Part shown: one piece after another, positions 9,911-19,113 of the stretch
Numbering within the stretch: position 1 is the stretch's first letter
Layout: every line of letters begins with the position of its first letter
Assembly: GCA_964429855.1 (NCBI GenBank)
Contig: CAYSDM010000006.1
Coordinates: 32,047 to 96,046, forward strand
Origin: an uncultured Chthonomonadaceae bacterium
Lineage (GTDB): Bacteria; Armatimonadota; Chthonomonadetes; Chthonomonadales; CAJBBX01
DNA length: 64,000 nucleotides
Direction of reading: 5' to 3'
Made by a program: the position numbers and the translations under genes
Notes under the pieces: model-generated
Told to the model about the DNA's origin: nothing
Database searches by the model: none
What the model saw: the letters and a program-made list of their open reading frames with translations, nothing else

Positions 9911-12007
9911 ATGGGACGCTGTTTCCTTCTGTTGTCAGTATGGATGATGCTCTGTGGAACGCTCCCGGCTTTTGCGCGGGAGAATAGACCGATGACCTTT
10001 CGTCCCCCTGCCGTACCGCTGGTGACACATGATCCCTATTTCAGCGTCTGGTCGTTTAGCGATCGCCTGACGGACGACTGGAGCCGCCACTGGACGGGAG
10101 CTGTGAACGCCTTCTGCGGCTTGATCCGCATTGACGGCAAGACCTATCGCTATGCCGGTCCCTACCCGAACGAGACTCCCGCTCTTCCGCAGACCGGTCT
10201 GACCGTGCTGCCGACCCGCACGATCTACACGTTTGAGGCGGACGGCGTGCGCCTGACTCTCACCTTCCTCTCGCCGCTGCTCCCCTCCGATCTCGAACTT
10301 ATCAGCCGTCCGGTCACCTACCTGAGCCTGGCGGCGCAGGCGACGGACGGAGAATCGCACGACGTTTCGCTCTACGCCGATGTCTCCGGGGAGTGGGTGG
10401 TTAACACGACCGATCAGCCGGTAGTCTGGAGCCGCTACCGGCTGGGCAAGCTGACTGCGCTGCGAATGGGTTCCGCGCAGCAGCCGGTTCTGGAGAGGTC
10501 GGGCGACAATCTGCGAATTGACTGGGGCTATCTCTATCTGGCAATGGAGGAGGGGCGCGGCGTCCAGAGCGTCATCGCTTCCGATCACGCGACGCGCGAT
10601 CTCTTTGCGGCGCAGGGAAAGCTGCCGGGGTCCGACGACCTGCGAATGCCGCGTCCGGCGCGAGACAACTGGCCCGTGCTTGCCTGCGCGTTCGATCTGG
10701 GGAAGGTGGAGGCAAAGCCGACGGACCGCCTTTTGATGCTGGCTTACGACGATCTCTTCTCGCTGGAGTACTTCCACCGAAAAGTACGCCCCTACTGGCG
10801 GCGCAAAGGGATGGAAGCCGATGAGCTGCTGCAGACCGCCGCAAAGAAGTATGAGCCGATTCGGACACAGTGCGAGCGGTTCGACCGGGAGTTGATGGAG
10901 GATCTGACCCGGATCGGTGGGGAGGGCTATGCGAATCTGGCGGCGCTGGCGTACCGGCAGTGCATCGCGGCGCATAAACTGGCGGTGGACGCCGACGGCA
11001 CGCTGCTGTTTATGTCCAAAGAGAACTTCAGCAACGGCTGCATCAATACGGTGGATGTGACCTATCCCTCCTCGCCCTTCTTCCTGCTGCTCAACACGAA
11101 CCTGCTGAAGGGGCAGCTTCAGCCGATTCTCGACTATGCGAGTTCGGAACGCTGGCGGTTTCCGTTCGCTCCCCACGATCTGGGAACCTACCCGAAGGCG
11201 AACGGGCAGGTCTATGGCGGGGGCGAGAAGACCGAAGAGAATCAGATGCCGGTCGAAGAGTGCGGCAATATGCTGATAATGATCGCCGCGCTGGCAAAGG
11301 TGGAGGGTAACGCCGATTTCGCCCTGCGCTACTGGCGCACCGTCTCGACCTGGGCGAACTATCTGCGCGAAAAGGGCTTCGACCCGGAGAACCAACTCTG
11401 CACGGACGACTTCGCCGGACATCTGGCGCGCAACGCCAACCTGTCGCTCAAGGCGATCGTCGCGCTGGGCGGCTACGCGATGCTGTGCGAGATGGCGGGC
11501 AAGAAGGAGGATGCCGCCGTCTACCGAAAAGCCGCGCAGGAGATGGCGGCGCAGTGGCAGAAGGTGGCGGCGAATGGCGATCACTACCGGCTGGCTTTTG
11601 ACCGTGAGGGAACCTGGAGCCAGAAATACAATCTGGTCTGGGATAGACTGCTGGGGCTGAATCTGTTTCCGGAAGAGGTGGCGCGCAAAGAGATGGCGCA
11701 CTACCGCCAGAAGCTCAACGCCTACGGGCTTCCGCTGGACAACCGGGCGACCTACACCAAGCTGGACTGGGAGATATGGAGCGCGATACTGACCGGAAAG
11801 CGCGCAGACTTCGACGCGCTGATGGCTCCGATTGCGCGATGGATGAGCGAATCCCCCTCCCGAATCCCGCTGACCGACTGGTACGACACGGTGACCGGCA
11901 AACAGGTCGGATTTCAGGCGCGTTCGGTGGTCGGGGGCGTCTATATTCCGCTGATGCAGGACGGCGCGATCTGGAAGAAGTGGGCGGAACGGCGGGGCGG
12001 ACGTTAG
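9911..12007 (+). CDS. Glutaminase-A-like protein (DUF5127/DUF4965/DUF1793 architecture), secreted
   Basis: 698 aa with a signal peptide. FRPPAVPLVTHDPYFSVWSFSDRL start and a long alpha/alpha-toroid-like C-terminal half, typical of this family. AAGGAG RBS. Confidence 0.7.
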   Translation: MGRCFLLLSVWMMLCGTLPAFARENRPMTFRPPAVPLVTHDPYFSVWSFSDRLTDDWSRHWTGAVNAFCGLIRIDGKTYRYAGPYPNETPALPQTGLTVLPTRTIYTFEADGVRLTLTFLSPLLPSDLELISRPVTYLSLAAQATDGESHDVSLYADVSGEWVVNTTDQPVVWSRYRLGKLTALRMGSAQQPVLERSGDNLRIDWGYLYLAMEEGRGVQSVIASDHATRDLFAAQGKLPGSDDLRMPRPARDNWPVLACAFDLGKVEAKPTDRLLMLAYDDLFSLEYFHRKVRPYWRRKGMEADELLQTAAKKYEPIRTQCERFDRELMEDLTRIGGEGYANLAALAYRQCIAAHKLAVDADGTLLFMSKENFSNGCINTVDVTYPSSPFFLLLNTNLLKGQLQPILDYASSERWRFPFAPHDLGTYPKANGQVYGGGEKTEENQMPVEECGNMLIMIAALAKVEGNADFALRYWRTVSTWANYLREKGFDPENQLCTDDFAGHLARNANLSLKAIVALGGYAMLCEMAGKKEDAAVYRKAAQEMAAQWQKVAANGDHYRLAFDREGTWSQKYNLVWDRLLGLNLFPEEVARKEMAHYRQKLNAYGLPLDNRATYTKLDWEIWSAILTGKRADFDALMAPIARWMSESPSRIPLTDWYDTVTGKQVGFQARSVVGGVYIPLMQDGAIWKKWAERRGGR

Positions 12008-12010
12008 GCG

Positions 12011-12961
12011 ATGGAGGCGGTTGCCTTCCTCCGGTCGTTCATCTTCCTCTTCTGGAACGTCGTGCTGCCGATTCTGTGCATTGCGGCGCTGGGGTATGCG
12101 CTTCAGCGCCGTTTTCCTCTCGACCTCTCCACGCTCTCGAAGATTCAGATATATCTGTTTGTGCCGACCTTCCTCTTTGTGCGCGTCTCCGGCAGCAATC
12201 TCTCCTGGAGCAGCATGGGGCTGATCGCCGGAGCGGTACTGACAGCGCAGGCGGCGCTTGCGCTGCCGATCTGGAGTCTGGCGAGACGGCGGGGCATTTC
12301 GGCGGCAACCGCCTCGGTGGTTGTCATCTCCAGCGCGGGTTTCAACGCGGGCAATTTCGGCATTCCGCTGGCAGAGCGAGCCTATCCGGGTCAGGGCGGC
12401 GCCGTGCAGGCGCTGGTGCTGATGGCGTGCAATGTGACGATCTGGGTGCTGGGCTATATCCTGATCTCCGCCGCCAGCGGCGCGCACAGGAACCCTCTGC
12501 TGGTCTTTCTGCGAACCCCCATGTTCTTCGCGCTGGTCATGGCGCTGCTGGCGAAGGCGACGAACATCGCGCTTCCCGCTCCCGTCCGATACCCGCTGGA
12601 GACCATTGCCGGAGGACTGGTGCCGCTGGCTCTGGTGACTCTGGGGGCGCAGCTAGCGCGGCAGGTTAAGCCCCCGAACTGGCGGCGGGTGCTGCCGGTG
12701 ATGAGCCTGAAACTGGCGGCGCTTCCGCTGGTCATGGCGGGCGTGGTCTGGCTGTTCGGTCTGTGGCCTTGGCCCGGCGCCATGCTGATCGTCGCTTCCG
12801 CCGCTCCCAGCGCCGTCAACACCTTTCTGCTGGCGCTGGAACTCAAAGGCGACAGCGAACTGGCAGCCGAATGTATTTTCTGGACAACGCTGACCTCCGC
12901 GCTCACGGTCACGATTACCCTCGCAATTGTCAAGGCGCTGGGAGGCTATCCGCCCGGATAG
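12011..12961 (+). CDS. AEC (auxin efflux carrier) family transporter
   Basis: 316 aa, about 10 predicted TM helices, with an N-terminus (FLFWNVVLPILCIAALGYAL) typical of the AEC/Mem_trans family. Starts 4 nt after the upstream stop. Confidence 0.8.
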   Translation: MEAVAFLRSFIFLFWNVVLPILCIAALGYALQRRFPLDLSTLSKIQIYLFVPTFLFVRVSGSNLSWSSMGLIAGAVLTAQAALALPIWSLARRRGISAATASVVVISSAGFNAGNFGIPLAERAYPGQGGAVQALVLMACNVTIWVLGYILISAASGAHRNPLLVFLRTPMFFALVMALLAKATNIALPAPVRYPLETIAGGLVPLALVTLGAQLARQVKPPNWRRVLPVMSLKLAALPLVMAGVVWLFGLWPWPGAMLIVASAAPSAVNTFLLALELKGDSELAAECIFWTTLTSALTVTITLAIVKALGGYPPG

Positions 12962-13050
12962 CTTCGCGTCACATGCAGCGCGAAGTCGTCCTGGGGCGAC
13001 GGAGGGCGTTCTAGTTCCTCTTCCAGGTAGGATAGTTGCATAGCCTGGCA

Positions 13051-13153
13051 GTCCTGTTGAGCGTAACGAACCCCCTGTCATGTTGAGCGCAGCGAGACAT
13101 CTTAAGATTCTTCGCTTCGCTCAGAATGACAGCCGGGCTGTGCGCTGAATGAC
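13051..13153. repeat. Nested imperfect palindromic (MITE/REP-like) element of the GTCAT...ATGAC type
   Basis: Core arms gtcatgttgagcgcagcgagacatctt (13077-13103) and aagattcttcgcttcgctcagaatgac (13104-13130) match 21/27 as an inverted repeat. They are flanked by degenerate half-copies gtcctgttgagcg (13051) and gcgctgaatgac (13142). A related element sits at 61786-61872. Confidence 0.6.
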
Positions 13154-13267
13154 ATCTATCCAGACTACCTTGACGATCTACTAGCGAAATAGACGCTAAA
13201 AAACCTTTCTATGATCCGCTTTTTCCGTCCGCCGTCAAAATGATTATGCTCTTAACAGGAGACACCG

Positions 13268-14662
13268 ATGTTGCTGCAATCACTGCTGGCAGCGCTGACG
13301 CTGCTGTCGTCCATGGAGAAACCCATGATTCCCATTCACCTTCACCCGGAGAACCCGCGTTACTTCCTGTTTCGCGGCAAGCCGACCATTCTGATCACCA
13401 GCGCGGAACACTATGGCGCGGTTCTCAACGCCGATTTTCAGTTCACGCCCTATCTGGAGGAGCTTCAGGCGCGCGGTTTTAACCTGACCCGCATCTTCAC
13501 CGGCGTCTACATGGAGGACCCGCAGTCGTTCGGCATCACCCGCAACACGCTCGCCCCCGCGCCCGGTCGCCTCCTGTGCCCCTGGGCGCGCAGTGACACA
13601 CCCGGCTACGCCAACGGCGGGAATAAGTTTGACCTGAACCGCTGGGACGACGCCTATTTTCGCCGACTGAAGGAGTTTGTGCGGGAGGCGGGAAAGCGGG
13701 GCATTGTCGTGGAGGTGACTCTCTTCTGTCCCTACTACGAAGATTCGATGTGGAACCTCAGCCCGCTGCATATCCGCAACAACGTCAACGGGATCGGCAA
13801 CGTGCCGCGCACGGAGGTCAACACGCTCAAACACCGGGCGATTCTGACCGTGCAGGAGGCGATGGTTCGCAAGATCGTGACGGAGTTGAAGGAGTTCGAC
13901 AACGTCTATTATGAGATATGCAACGAGCCATACTTCGGCGGCGTGACGCGGGAGTGGCAGCATCGAATCGCGGACGTCATCGTGCAGACGCAGAAAGGCT
14001 TTCCGGCTCCGTTTATGATCGCGCAGAACATCGCCAACGGCTCCGCAAAGATCGAGAATCCGCATCCCGCCGTCTCGCTCTTCAACTTCCACTACGCCAA
14101 CCCGCCCGATGCCGTCGCCGTCAACGCCTCCCTCAACAGAGCGATTGGCTTCGATGAGACCGGCTTCAAGGGGGTCGCCGATACGCCCTATCGCACGGAC
14201 GGATGGGAGTTTATTCTGGCAGGCGGCGCGGTCTACAACCATCTGGACTACTCCTTCACCGTCGGGCATGAAGACGGCTCGTTCCGGCTGCCGGAAAAAC
14301 AGCCGGGAGGAGGAGGAGCCTCTCTGCGCCGTCAGCTACAGACACTCCGGGAGTTTATCGCCCGTTTCAACTTCCTGAAGATGCGTCCGGCGAACGAGAT
14401 CATTCGCGGAGGCGTGCCGGAGGGAGCGACGGCGCGCGCGCTTATGGAGGAAGGGAAGGCGGTCGCGCTCTATCTGAAAGGGGGCTTGCAAGCAGAACTG
14501 AAACTCCTGCTGCCTGCGGGCGAATGGAGCGCCGAATGGGTTAATCCGCGCACCGGCGAGCGAGGCAAGTCGCGCGCCTATGAGCATCCGGGCGGCGAAC
14601 TGACGCTCGCCTCCCCGCCCTATTCCGAGGATATCGCCCTGCGGCTCACGCGAAAACCGTAG
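13268..14662 (+). CDS. GH5-like (clan GH-A) glycoside hydrolase
   Basis: 464 aa. AGGAGA RBS. FDNVYYEICNEPYFGG (NEP acid/base) and a later IGFDETGF candidate nucleophile. RYFLFRGKPTILITSAEHYG resembles DUF4038/GH5 N-termini. Confidence 0.6.
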   Translation: MLLQSLLAALTLLSSMEKPMIPIHLHPENPRYFLFRGKPTILITSAEHYGAVLNADFQFTPYLEELQARGFNLTRIFTGVYMEDPQSFGITRNTLAPAPGRLLCPWARSDTPGYANGGNKFDLNRWDDAYFRRLKEFVREAGKRGIVVEVTLFCPYYEDSMWNLSPLHIRNNVNGIGNVPRTEVNTLKHRAILTVQEAMVRKIVTELKEFDNVYYEICNEPYFGGVTREWQHRIADVIVQTQKGFPAPFMIAQNIANGSAKIENPHPAVSLFNFHYANPPDAVAVNASLNRAIGFDETGFKGVADTPYRTDGWEFILAGGAVYNHLDYSFTVGHEDGSFRLPEKQPGGGGASLRRQLQTLREFIARFNFLKMRPANEIIRGGVPEGATARALMEEGKAVALYLKGGLQAELKLLLPAGEWSAEWVNPRTGERGKSRAYEHPGGELTLASPPYSEDIALRLTRKP

Positions 14663-14671
14663 AGATTTCGC

Positions 14672-15418
14672 TCAGGGCATCTCCCGGCGAATCCGGCGAT
14701 ACCACTCCTCCAGCGACGCCTCCACAAAGTAGAGACGCAGCAGCGCCTCCCCGGTCTGTCCCGGGGAGAGCGCTCCCAGACTTGAGGCGCTGTGGATGCA
14801 GGAGTACTCCATGTTCTGAAACAGAAAGAGCGTCGGAGAGGAGACCGTCGCCGCCAGCCGCCTGCCGTCCCGGGATCGGATGGCAAGCCAGTTCTCCATC
14901 ACCACGTCGGGCGTGGCGTCAAAGTTGGCGACGAAGGGGATATCCCTTCCTTTCGGCGCGCCCACGACACTGTAAAGCTGGATCGTCGGGCGCGGTCCAA
15001 AATGGCGGGGCAGTTCGACCAGCCGACGGAACTGCCCCCGCGCGCGAGTCCAGTGACGCAGGCACTCATAGTCGTTGAGCGCTTTGGAACCGGAGCAGTT
15101 GAAGCAGTTGAAGGAGAGGCTCTGCTTCCAGTGGCGCTCGCTGTCGTTGGTCAGGCGAATACGAACATCCACCGTATCCTCCTCCGTCGTCACCGACAAC
15201 GAATAGCGCAGTTCCTTCTCGAAGATTCCCTCGCATCTCCACCCGCCGTTATCCTGCGGCTTCCAGGCAACCTTCAAACCGGGGGGCCAGCAGGCGCGCG
15301 CGCTGTCCCCGATGGATTCGGGAACCGTCAGCATAAATGTATCGCCGGGGAAGGCAGGAACCGCCGAGATGATCGCGCCCATGCTCTCCCCGACGGGCTG
15401 AAATCGGATGCGGTTCAT
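14672..15418 (-). CDS. Hypothetical protein, unknown family (paralogue of 45285..46301)
   Basis: ATG (MNRIRF) lies one nt after the stop of the upstream FGE gene. Shares VDVRIRLTNDS/VDLEFAVTNET, DGRRL, C(I/L)H and PG(Q/A)T blocks with the 45285 ORF. Confidence 0.6.
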   Translation of the reverse strand: MNRIRFQPVGESMGAIISAVPAFPGDTFMLTVPESIGDSARACWPPGLKVAWKPQDNGGWRCEGIFEKELRYSLSVTTEEDTVDVRIRLTNDSERHWKQSLSFNCFNCSGSKALNDYECLRHWTRARGQFRRLVELPRHFGPRPTIQLYSVVGAPKGRDIPFVANFDATPDVVMENWLAIRSRDGRRLAATVSSPTLFLFQNMEYSCIHSASSLGALSPGQTGEALLRLYFVEASLEEWYRRIRREMP

Positions 15419-15419
15419 G

Positions 15420-16196
15420 CTACTTCTCCTCGCGTACACAGCGAAAGCCATAGAAGGGGGCGACGTTGGTCGCCCAGCCGCTCATATTGCGGGCGGCGGG
15501 ACGCAGATTGATCGGACTGACGGTTTTCCAGCAGCCGCCTTTGAGATAGGCAGAGGGCGGCCCCGGTCTGTCCGCGCACCACTCCGCGACGTTTCCCGCC
15601 ATATCCATCACTCCGTAGGGACTGGCTCCGGCAGGATGGGCGTTGACCGGCGCCGTTCCGGGACCGTCGCCAATGTCCTCGCGATTCCACCGGCAGGCGT
15701 CCGGCTTGAACGTGTCGCCCCAGGGATAGAGCAGTCCCTTTTCACCGCGCGCCGCCTTCTCCCACTCCGCCTGTGTCGGCAGACGCTTTCCTGCCCATCG
15801 CGCATACGCCTCGCCATCCGGCTGATGGACGAAAGTCACCGGATGATCCAGCAGATTCGCCGGAGGCTCCGGACCGTTCCAGTGCGGGCGCGGCGCGTAT
15901 CCGGTCGCCTTGCAGAAGGCGGCAAACTGCCGGTTGGTCACCGGATAGCGGTCAATGTAGTAGGCGGGAAGCTCTATTTCGCGCTCAGGATACTCGCCGC
16001 TCAGCCAGGAGACCTCAAAACCGTACCTCTTCGCCAACCGCTCCGCCTCCGCGCGCGGCGTCCCCATGCGAAACTTCCCCGCCGGGATTCGAATCATCTC
16101 CGCAAGATCATCCATTGTAGACGCCTCCAACGCCGCCATGCCCGCCAGCAGGCCCGCGCCTGCCGATACGATCAGTTCTCGACGAGAAATGCTCAT
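15420..16196 (-). CDS. Formylglycine-generating-enzyme (FGE/SUMF1) family protein with Tat signal
   Basis: MSISRRELIVSAGAGLLAGMAALEA twin-arginine leader. YYIDRYPVTNRQFAAFCKATGY, HPVTFV and GNVAEWCAD motifs of the FGE-sulfatase domain. Confidence 0.85.
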   Translation of the reverse strand: MSISRRELIVSAGAGLLAGMAALEASTMDDLAEMIRIPAGKFRMGTPRAEAERLAKRYGFEVSWLSGEYPEREIELPAYYIDRYPVTNRQFAAFCKATGYAPRPHWNGPEPPANLLDHPVTFVHQPDGEAYARWAGKRLPTQAEWEKAARGEKGLLYPWGDTFKPDACRWNREDIGDGPGTAPVNAHPAGASPYGVMDMAGNVAEWCADRPGPPSAYLKGGCWKTVSPINLRPAARNMSGWATNVAPFYGFRCVREEK

Positions 16197-17824
16197 GATT
16201 CAGACTCCCGGACCGCCTCCAGGATAGCTACCCAGTCGTGACCGTATTCGGGATCAACCAGCGTCAGTTCTCCGCTCGCATCGGTCTCCTGATCCGGCAG
16301 GCTGTCCAGCATCCCGGAGGCGGGATCGAAGAGGATCGTCCGATAGGCGGATTCCGCCGCCAGTCCGCGCACCCGGATGGAACGTCCCTCCGGCACATAG
16401 ACGATCCGCACATCCGCGCCGAAATCCGCCGCGTAGGGAGCCCAGTACTCCGAATCACTGCCCCCGCTCTCCCAGACCGCGCCCTCTCTCTGCGGCTCCA
16501 TCGCGTGCCAGGCATACTCCTCCAGCAGACGCTTCGCCGCGCCAAGCTGCCCGGAACCGGGCAGGCGCATCGAATCTTCCCAGGGAATAACCCCGTAGTT
16601 TCCGCCATGCGGAGAGGCTCCATGCGGCGTATCCCGGCGGTTACATTGCCAGATTCCGTTGGCGCCATAGGTATGTCCCGCCGCGCCGGAGAGCATACTC
16701 GTCCAGAACATCAACCGCGCGATCTCCGCCGGGATTCGATCCATCAGCGCCTCATAACTGACCTCGCTGTTGAGCACCGGCATGCGCGGCTCCGCCGCCC
16801 GCGACAGCCGCATCGTCTCCACCGTTGGAGCCAGAGTCTCCCGCTGACCGTGTCCGGTCTGCAGCATATCGAAATCGAGCAGCGACTCGTCGTCGGTGGC
16901 TCCGCGCGCAGTCAGTCGTCCCAGTCCGGTCGGATGAATGCTGATCGGACGATGCCAGGGATCGTTGGCGCGTACATAGCGCATCACCTCCGTCCAGCCG
17001 CGCACCTGCTCCCGATCATCGAAGGGGAAGCCCTCGGTCAGATAGTAGGGCAGGTTCGCCTCGCCAGCGATGCACCAGACTACGGGCCACGCGCCATAAC
17101 GGGCGATCAGGTACTTCCAGTGCTGTTTAGCCTTCTCCACGCCGATCCAGGGAAGGAAGTAGCCCCACATTCCCACAATACAGGGGACGATCCCGGACTC
17201 GATCAGATGGAACAGGCGGCGGTCCGCCAGGTCGAAATACTCAGGGCGAATACGCGCATAGTCCTCTTCCCAGGGAAAACCTGCCTCATTGGCTCCGCGG
17301 GGATCGAAGGGAGGCATATCGGGATAGAGACCCGCCACGATCTGGACGACGGTGAATCCCTTCGCCACGCGGTCATCGGTTAACTGCGCGAACTCATCGG
17401 GCCAACGCAGGCGGTGACAGAGTCCCATCCACCAGGTGTCGCCCAGCCAGAAGAACGGCGTGCCATCCCCATAGACAAAATGGCGACGGTTTTCCGATAT
17501 CTGTATTGGACCCCGCGCAAACAGCGGATTGCCACCTTCGTAGGGCGTAATCGTGATCTCTCCCTGTGCGCCATGCAGACCTGAATCTGTCGGCGCGCTG
17601 CATTCGCTGCGATAGGTGTGCGTACCCGCCACCGGCGACGCATAACGCGCTTTCCAGACCCCTCCCCCTGCCCAGAAAGCCGGGACTCGCCGCGCCGCGC
17701 CCTTCGGGTCGGTAAACCGCACGTAGACTTCGACATCATAAAAGGGATCCTGGTACGGCTCTGCCGCCGTCAGGGCGATCTCTACCGGTACGCAGGTCTT
17801 CGTCTCTGCCATTCTCTCCTCCAC
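16193..17824 (-). CDS. DUF5060 + DUF4038 / GH140-like glycoside hydrolase
   Basis: 543 aa. N-terminal beta-sandwich, then FVYGDGTPFFWLGDTWWMG...GFTVVQIVAGL. 4-nt overlap with the downstream FGE gene. Confidence 0.7.
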   Translation of the reverse strand: MEERMAETKTCVPVEIALTAAEPYQDPFYDVEVYVRFTDPKGAARRVPAFWAGGGVWKARYASPVAGTHTYRSECSAPTDSGLHGAQGEITITPYEGGNPLFARGPIQISENRRHFVYGDGTPFFWLGDTWWMGLCHRLRWPDEFAQLTDDRVAKGFTVVQIVAGLYPDMPPFDPRGANEAGFPWEEDYARIRPEYFDLADRRLFHLIESGIVPCIVGMWGYFLPWIGVEKAKQHWKYLIARYGAWPVVWCIAGEANLPYYLTEGFPFDDREQVRGWTEVMRYVRANDPWHRPISIHPTGLGRLTARGATDDESLLDFDMLQTGHGQRETLAPTVETMRLSRAAEPRMPVLNSEVSYEALMDRIPAEIARLMFWTSMLSGAAGHTYGANGIWQCNRRDTPHGASPHGGNYGVIPWEDSMRLPGSGQLGAAKRLLEEYAWHAMEPQREGAVWESGGSDSEYWAPYAADFGADVRIVYVPEGRSIRVRGLAAESAYRTILFDPASGMLDSLPDQETDASGELTLVDPEYGHDWVAILEAVRESES

Positions 17825-17872
17825 AGGTATCCTCTTTGACGCTCAACGGGGCGTTCCTCCCCGCAGAGCGAT

Positions 17873-18478
17873 CTACAGAGCGTTCAAAAAGACCGGGTAG
17901 GCGCAGGAGCGCGTGGTATCGAGCAGAAGAGGAGGCGGGGACTGCGCGAACAGACCGACCGCCGTCAGCCGCAAGTTCTCCCACACCCGCGCCGGATCGC
18001 CGAACGCTTCGAATGCCAGGCTCCACCAGAGAGCTCCGCTGGAGCTTATCTCGGTCAGTTCGAAGTTGCAGCCCTCCTGCGGGCGTTCGGTGGCGGCGAC
18101 CTCCTCCACCGCGCCCTTATCCAGCGAAAACTTCCGCAGCAGGCGCCTCTTGCCGATTTCGACCCATCCCCGACTATCCGCCAGAAGCGCTTGCACCCAG
18201 GCTTCCACCGGCGGCTGGCTGTACGACCACTTTACCCAGCAGTCTGCCCGTCCCGTGACCGAATCGGCATAGCGCACCGACTCGGTCGCCCCTCGCAGCG
18301 CCTTGATCTCGAAGTTGCCCTGTCGAATCTTCACGCCGACCGTCTCGCAGCCTTCAAACCGCAGGTAGCGGTCTGTGCGGATCTCCGGCGCAAGCGTCTG
18401 CCCGCCGCAGAACCACGCCTGAACCTCCGTCGGGATCGCTCCCGCGTCAAACCAGCGAACCTCTGCGCTGTGCAGCAT
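17873..18478 (-). CDS. Hypothetical protein, possibly CYTH-like beta-barrel
   Basis: Start at the internal ATG (MLHSAEVRWF) preceded by GGGAGGAGAGG. Alternating beta-strand pattern (RTDRYL, VKIRQGNFEIK, KRRLLRKF, CNFELTEI) is reminiscent of triphosphate-tunnel proteins. Family assignment is weak. Confidence 0.45.
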   Translation of the reverse strand: MLHSAEVRWFDAGAIPTEVQAWFCGGQTLAPEIRTDRYLRFEGCETVGVKIRQGNFEIKALRGATESVRYADSVTGRADCWVKWSYSQPPVEAWVQALLADSRGWVEIGKRRLLRKFSLDKGAVEEVAATERPQEGCNFELTEISSSGALWWSLAFEAFGDPARVWENLRLTAVGLFAQSPPPLLLDTTRSCAYPVFLNAL

Positions 18479-18656
18479 CCTCTCCTCCCTGTCCATTTGT
18501 AGATTCGCCGCCATTCTGCCGATCTGGAGGAAAGTCCTGCTTTTGTCAGAAAACCTTCCGCGAAACGCGCCCTTCGGGTATGATGAGTTTGTAATTCGCG
18601 CCGGATACGCCGTCATGGGCTTTCTATTCGGGCGCGCTGGGAAAGATGAGAGTTAT

Positions 18657-19100
18657 ATGAAACCCGCGACCAGATGGGCGCTTCTGTGGATTGGTCATGT
18701 GAACGTCGTTCTCGGCTTAATCGGGATATTTCTGCCCCTGATGCCGACGACGCCGTTTCTCTTGCTGGCGACCGCCTGCTATGTGCGTAGTTCCGAGCGG
18801 CACTATCGCTGGATTCTTGCCAGTCCGCTTTTTGGTCCCATCATTCGCGACTACCAGCAGAAGCGCGGGATCACCCTCAAGAATAAGATCGTTGCGCTGT
18901 CGCTTCTATGGGCATCGCTTCTGTTCTCCATCTGGCGGACAGACCGGCAATGGGTGGAGTGGTTTATTGTCTGCGTCGGGATCGCTGCCAGCGGCATGAT
19001 TCTGCGGATTCGCACCATTCGATCCGAGAAGAGCGCGTCCGCCGCTGAGACGCCTGCGAGTGTCCCGATAGCGGCGGGCGAAACCTCCGGCTCGGAGTGA
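18657..19100 (+). CDS. DUF454 / YbaN-family inner membrane protein
   Basis: GIFLPLMPTTPFLLLATACYVRSSERHYRWIL...IRDYQQKRGI matches the YbaN family. The start was set at MKPATRW; the ORF opens earlier at 18543. Confidence 0.75.
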   Translation: MKPATRWALLWIGHVNVVLGLIGIFLPLMPTTPFLLLATACYVRSSERHYRWILASPLFGPIIRDYQQKRGITLKNKIVALSLLWASLLFSIWRTDRQWVEWFIVCVGIAASGMILRIRTIRSEKSASAAETPASVPIAAGETSGSE

Positions 19101-19113
19101 AAGAGAGACCCTC

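Noticed and set aside
9935-12487. 850-aa minus-strand ORF, the longest in this part of the track
   Set aside because: It lies antisense to the well-supported glutaminase-like and AEC genes. The translation is Arg/Gly/Pro/His-rich low complexity with no motifs, which is the typical high-GC shadow ORF.
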